DNA of 64,000 nt, taken from Spirochaetia bacterium (lineage in GTDB: Bacteria > Spirochaetota > Spirochaetia > SZUA-6 > Bin103). This document shows, piece after piece, positions 60,304 through 64,000 of the stretch. Both the position numbers and the translations under genes were made by a program. Each line of letters opens with the position of its first letter. The stretch's first letter is position 1. The DNA is taken from assembly GCA_965203055.1 (NCBI GenBank), contig OZ241863.1:4128001-4192000 (forward strand). Direction: 5' to 3'. Below the pieces are notes generated by a model. That model did not search any database. It had not been told where the DNA came from and saw nothing but the letters and a program-made list of their open reading frames with translations.

Positions 60304-60717
60304 TCAGGAGATGAATTCTTCGAGATCCTTTTCGATCTCGGCCTCGGTGAAGCCGATCTTGCGGTCGTAGCGAATGGTCTTGGCTACGCGCCGGTCGCGC
60401 GCGGGGGAGCGCCGGTACGCGCTCGACAGCAGCCCCTTCGCCAGCGCCTCGTCGACCAGCGCCGCGGCCTTGGCGGGGGGCATCAGGTAGCGGTCGCTGA
60501 AGCGGCGCACGGCGCCGGCGCACCAGCGCAGGAACAGGAAGGTGACGGCGCCGGAGACTACGGCGATGACGACGTCCTGAATGCGCACCGCGGCGCTCTT
60601 GCCCTGCCAGCCGATGCCGGCGCCGATCCCGAGCGAGGCCAGTACGGTGGCCGAGAGCAGCCAGGTCGCCCAGTGCCAGCGTTTCCAGTAGCGCTCCAGA
60701 TAAGAGTCCTTCGCCAT
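60304..60717 (-). CDS. Hypothetical membrane protein (two predicted TM segments)
   Basis: Two hydrophobic stretches; fills the gap co-directionally. Confidence 0.55.
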   Translation of the reverse strand: MAKDSYLERYWKRWHWATWLLSATVLASLGIGAGIGWQGKSAAVRIQDVVIAVVSGAVTFLFLRWCAGAVRRFSDRYLMPPAKAAALVDEALAKGLLSSAYRRSPARDRRVAKTIRYDRKIGFTEAEIEKDLEEFIS

Positions 60718-60761
60718 CGCGGGTCCGTTGCCAGAATAGCGCGAACGGCGGCCGGCCGTCA

Positions 60762-60803
60762 CGGTCAGGACCGGTCGGTCAGAACCGGTCGGTCAGAACC
60801 GGA
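60762..60803. repeat. 3 x 14-bp tandem repeat CGGTCAG(A/G)ACCGG(T/A)
   Basis: Units at 60762-60775, 60776-60789 and 60790-60803. They duplicate the last codons and stop of the TRAP permease. Confidence 0.85.
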
Positions 60804-62751
60804 CTACCGAGAGCAGCCCGGTAGTCAGCGCGGGCACGTAGGTGATCACCAGCACCACTGCGAGGAGCACGATCAGGAACGGCACTACGGTGCGGTAGAT
60901 GCGTATCAGATCGCGCTCGAAGCGGTAGGAGGCCAGGAACAGGTTGATGCCCACCGGCGGGGTGAGGTAGCCGAGCTCGAGATTGGCCAGAAAGATGATG
61001 CCGAGGTGCACCGGGTGCACGCCGTAGGCGATGCCGAGCGGGATCAACAGCGGGCCGAGCACCACGATGGCGGAGAAGATGTCCATCAGCGCCCCCGCGG
61101 CCAGCAGGGTGAGGTTGAGGAGGATCAGAAACAGCAGCCGCGAACTGATGCCGGCGCTTACCCATTGCACCAGCCGGGCGGGCACCTCCGCATCCACCAG
61201 GTAGTAGGACAGGCCCCGGGCCACCGCCAGGATCACCAGCACGCCGCCGATGATCGGCGTGCACCGGGCCAGCACCCGCGGCAGCGCGCGCCACGGGAGG
61301 TCGCGGTGCACCACCACCTCCACCAGCAGCACGTAGAGGGCCGCGGCCGCCGCGGTTTCCACCAGGGTGGTGACGCCGCCGAAGTAGAGCAGCACCACGA
61401 CCACCGGCAGCGCCAGCTCCCAGGCCGCGCCGCGCGCCGCCAGCAGCGCTTGGCGCAGGCTGAACGGCTCCCGCGCCGGGCGCGGCGCCGCGCCTCCACC
61501 CCCGTCGCGGCGGCGCCGCGCGCCGTGCAGCAGCGCGTAGCCGGCCAGCGCCACCACCATCACCAGCCCCGGCAGGAACCCGCCCACGAACAGTTGGCGA
61601 ATGTCGATCTGGGCGATCACGCCGTACATGATGATTGGCAGCGCCGGAGGAAACAGCAGCCCGATGCTGCCGGAGGCGGTCAGCAGCCCGACCGCGAAGT
61701 CGTCGCGGTAGCCGTTCTTGACGAGCATGTAGAGCAGCAGGCCGCCGAGCGCGAGGATGGTCACCCCCGAGGCCCCGGTGAAGGTGGTGAAGAAGGCGCA
61801 CAGCACCACCGCCATCACGCCGAGACCGCCCCGGAACCAGCCGAACCAGGTGTGGAACACCCGGATCAACCGCGCGCCGGCCTGGCTCTCGGAGAGTACG
61901 AAGCCGGCCAGGGTGAACAGCGGCAACGCCGGCACCAGCGGTTGTGACAGCATGGCGTAGGCTTCGTTCGCCACCACTTCGAGCGCGCCGCCGGTGGCCA
62001 GGAACTGCAGCAGGGTAACGCCGCTCAGCAGGACGAAGATGGGGACGCCGATGAAGGCCGCCGCCACCAGCGCCAGCAGCAGCGGCAGGCGCAGCGCGGT
62101 GGCCGCGGCCGCGACCGCCTGCACCAGGTCGTAGCTGGGAAAGTAGGCCGGGGCCACCGCCTGCAGGCTGTTGACCAGCGGTTCGCTGCCGAGCAGCAGG
62201 CCGGCGGGGATGGCTGCCAGTACCGCCAGGCGGCCGCAGCGCTGCCGGAACGCGGCCGCCGCGAAGCGCGCGGCAATGGCGGCGAACCCCGCCGGCAGGA
62301 TGGCGACCGCGGCCTGGATCGGGACCGCTCCCACCCGCTGCCGGGGATCGAACGCCAGCAGCAGCAGCGACAGCGCGCTGGCGGCCAGCGCCGTGGTCAC
62401 CGCCACCGAAATGGCGCTGGCCGCGGCGCGCATGCGCCCGCCCCACGGCCCCGGCAGCTTGTGGAGGCCGCTGCTGAGCGCCAGATGGGCGCCCTGGCGG
62501 GTGGTGATGATGCCGGCCAGCAGCGCCACCCAGAGCGTGAGGTGGCGCACGTATTCGGTGGTGACCGCCAGGCCGCCGCCGAACAGCAGCCGCATCACCA
62601 CGTTGGCCGCCGGCACCAGGGCGAGCAGCACCAGCGCCGCCAGCACGGCCGCGTCCTCCACCCGCGCCAGCGGCCCGCCGGCGGGTGGGCCGCCCGCGGC
62701 GCCCGGCTCAGCCGCCGCGGGCGGTGGTCCGGCGGATGGTGGCGGCGTCAA
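60793..62751 (-). CDS. Fused TRAP transporter DctQM (TatQ-M) permease
   Basis: Many TM helices; ALPLFTLAG, FTGASGVTILALGG, GSIGLLFPP, NLELGYLTPPVGINLF. Confidence 0.92.
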   Translation of the reverse strand: MTPPPSAGPPPAAAEPGAAGGPPAGGPLARVEDAAVLAALVLLALVPAANVVMRLLFGGGLAVTTEYVRHLTLWVALLAGIITTRQGAHLALSSGLHKLPGPWGGRMRAAASAISVAVTTALAASALSLLLLAFDPRQRVGAVPIQAAVAILPAGFAAIAARFAAAAFRQRCGRLAVLAAIPAGLLLGSEPLVNSLQAVAPAYFPSYDLVQAVAAAATALRLPLLLALVAAAFIGVPIFVLLSGVTLLQFLATGGALEVVANEAYAMLSQPLVPALPLFTLAGFVLSESQAGARLIRVFHTWFGWFRGGLGVMAVVLCAFFTTFTGASGVTILALGGLLLYMLVKNGYRDDFAVGLLTASGSIGLLFPPALPIIMYGVIAQIDIRQLFVGGFLPGLVMVVALAGYALLHGARRRRDGGGGAAPRPAREPFSLRQALLAARGAAWELALPVVVVLLYFGGVTTLVETAAAAALYVLLVEVVVHRDLPWRALPRVLARCTPIIGGVLVILAVARGLSYYLVDAEVPARLVQWVSAGISSRLLFLILLNLTLLAAGALMDIFSAIVVLGPLLIPLGIAYGVHPVHLGIIFLANLELGYLTPPVGINLFLASYRFERDLIRIYRTVVPFLIVLLAVVLVITYVPALTTGLLSVVRF

Positions 62752-63773
62752 TCAGCGGTGGCGGCGCGGGCGCGGTAGGCGGCGACCGTCTCGGTCACCA
62801 GTTGGTAGGCGGCCGGATCGATCACCGCCCCGATCAGGCCCTGGAACTCGCGGCGGACGGTGTCCTGCCATTCCTGCTCCAGCGCCGCGGTCGCCTCGTA
62901 GACCTGCAGGCCGTGGGCGCGCATCACGTGCACCGCCAGGTCGTCCTGCTCGTGCGCGCTGGCGCTCAACCGCTCGCCCGCGGCCTGCGCCACGGCGCGC
63001 AACCGGGGCCGGATGCGCTCGGGAATCCGCTCCCAGACGCGCTTGCTGATCACCAGCGCGCCGTACAGCGGCGCCAGCCGCAGGTCGTTCATGTGCGGGG
63101 CAAGGCCGAACCACTGAAACGCCGCCGCCGCCAGCGGGCTCGACAGGTAGGCGTCGATCATGCCGCTCTGCAGCGCCGTGGTGACCTCGGTCAACGGCAA
63201 CGCCACCACGTCGAAGCCGGCTTGCTGCCAAGCGCGGATTTCGGCAGCCCCGGCGTCGCCGATCCACAGCGTCTGCCGGCGGAGGTCGTCGAGCGTGCGC
63301 AACGGCTGGCGGGCGAAGAACTTGACCCAGCCGATCGGCGACCACATCAAGGCCACGAAGCCGCGTTCTTCCAGTTGTTGTTCGAAGAACGGCGCCAGCT
63401 CGCCGAGCACCGCAAGCATCTCCGCGTCGTTGCGGATCAGCATCGGCGACGCCAGCGCCAGCATGCCGGGATAGATGTCGTTCAAGCTGCCGGCGGTCAG
63501 GGTGGCGGCGTGAAGCTGGCCGATGCGCATCTTGCGAATCATGTCGGGTTCGTCGCCGGCGATGCCGCCGGGGAAGATCTTCAACTCCACCGCGCCGTCG
63601 GAAATCCGCGACCAGTCCGCGGCCAGGCGGCGCAGCACCAGGTCCCAGGGGGAGTTGGCGGGCGCCACCGTGCCCAGCTTGATGGTCAGCGCGGGCAGCG
63701 CGGCGGCGGACAGCAGTGCCAGCAGCGCGGCCAGCGCGGCCAGCCGCAGGGGAACGATCAGATTACGGGTCAA
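62748..63773 (-). CDS. dctP: TRAP transporter substrate-binding protein DctP (TatP)
   Basis: Signal peptide, IKLGTVAPANSPW, FPGGIAGDE, TALQSGMID. Confidence 0.9.
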   Translation of the reverse strand: MTRNLIVPLRLAALAALLALLSAAALPALTIKLGTVAPANSPWDLVLRRLAADWSRISDGAVELKIFPGGIAGDEPDMIRKMRIGQLHAATLTAGSLNDIYPGMLALASPMLIRNDAEMLAVLGELAPFFEQQLEERGFVALMWSPIGWVKFFARQPLRTLDDLRRQTLWIGDAGAAEIRAWQQAGFDVVALPLTEVTTALQSGMIDAYLSSPLAAAAFQWFGLAPHMNDLRLAPLYGALVISKRVWERIPERIRPRLRAVAQAAGERLSASAHEQDDLAVHVMRAHGLQVYEATAALEQEWQDTVRREFQGLIGAVIDPAAYQLVTETVAAYRARAATAD

Positions 63774-64000
63774 GAAAGAAATCCTCCATGTGGGCCAACA
63801 GCCAGACGGCGTGTTCCCGGTCCAGCGAGTTCTGGAGCCGGTATTCGACGACGTCCATGGGCACGGCGAGGGCTTGCCCCAGGAGCTCGCGGAACTCCGC
63901 GGCGTCCTGGGTGCTGATCGCGACGCCCGCCATGGCTACGTAGGGCCGCGCCTTGGCGCCGTCCGAGGCGGCCACCGCCAGCTCGAAGTGGCGCCGCGCG
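63763..64000 (-). CDS. TRAP transporter T-component (TatT), C-terminal part
   Basis: ARRHFELAVAASDGAKARPYV...EFRELLGQALA...AVWLLAHMEDFF, immediately upstream of dctP. Truncated by the window edge. Confidence 0.75.
   Translation of the reverse strand, partial: ARRHFELAVAASDGAKARPYVAMAGVAISTQDAAEFRELLGQALAVPMDVVEYRLQNSLDREHAVWLLAHMEDFFLDP

Overview
High-GC bacterial chromosome segment, most likely from a spirochaete (L34 ending [10 protein letters not shown], rpmH co-directional downstream of dnaA-dnaN-recF, TatT/TatP/TatQM-type TRAP locus). The left part (1-21.8 kb) is the replication-origin region: dnaA-dnaN-recF-DUF721-rpmH-rnpA-yidD-yidC-jag-gyrB-gyrA-parA-parB, with DnaA boxes, a parS-like palindrome and a small free-standing LAGLIDADG-fold gene between gyrA and parA. 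Housekeeping genes follow. The middle (21.9-49.9 kb) holds Uma2 and HNH nucleases, tRNA-Leu(GAG) and a ~23 kb co-directional defence island: McrBC plus a DUF499/DUF1156/SNF2 restriction-like backbone split by inserted cargo. The cargo is a GmrSD-Schlafen fusion, an ABC-ATPase/DUF4276 pair, two pseudogenes and a low-GC three-gene cassette (SPPY methyltransferase, Ser/Thr-kinase-P-loop-ATPase fusion, unknown CARF-like protein), which is the best candidate for an undescribed system. The right part (49.9-64 kb) has a class Ic (tyrosine-less) ribonucleotide reductase led by a small ribbon-helix-helix gene, plus MutY-like, YpdA-like, aldo-keto reductase, RecD2 and TRAP transporter genes. I saw no CRISPR array, rRNA or integrase. 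All family assignments come from motif recognition by eye, not from database searches.
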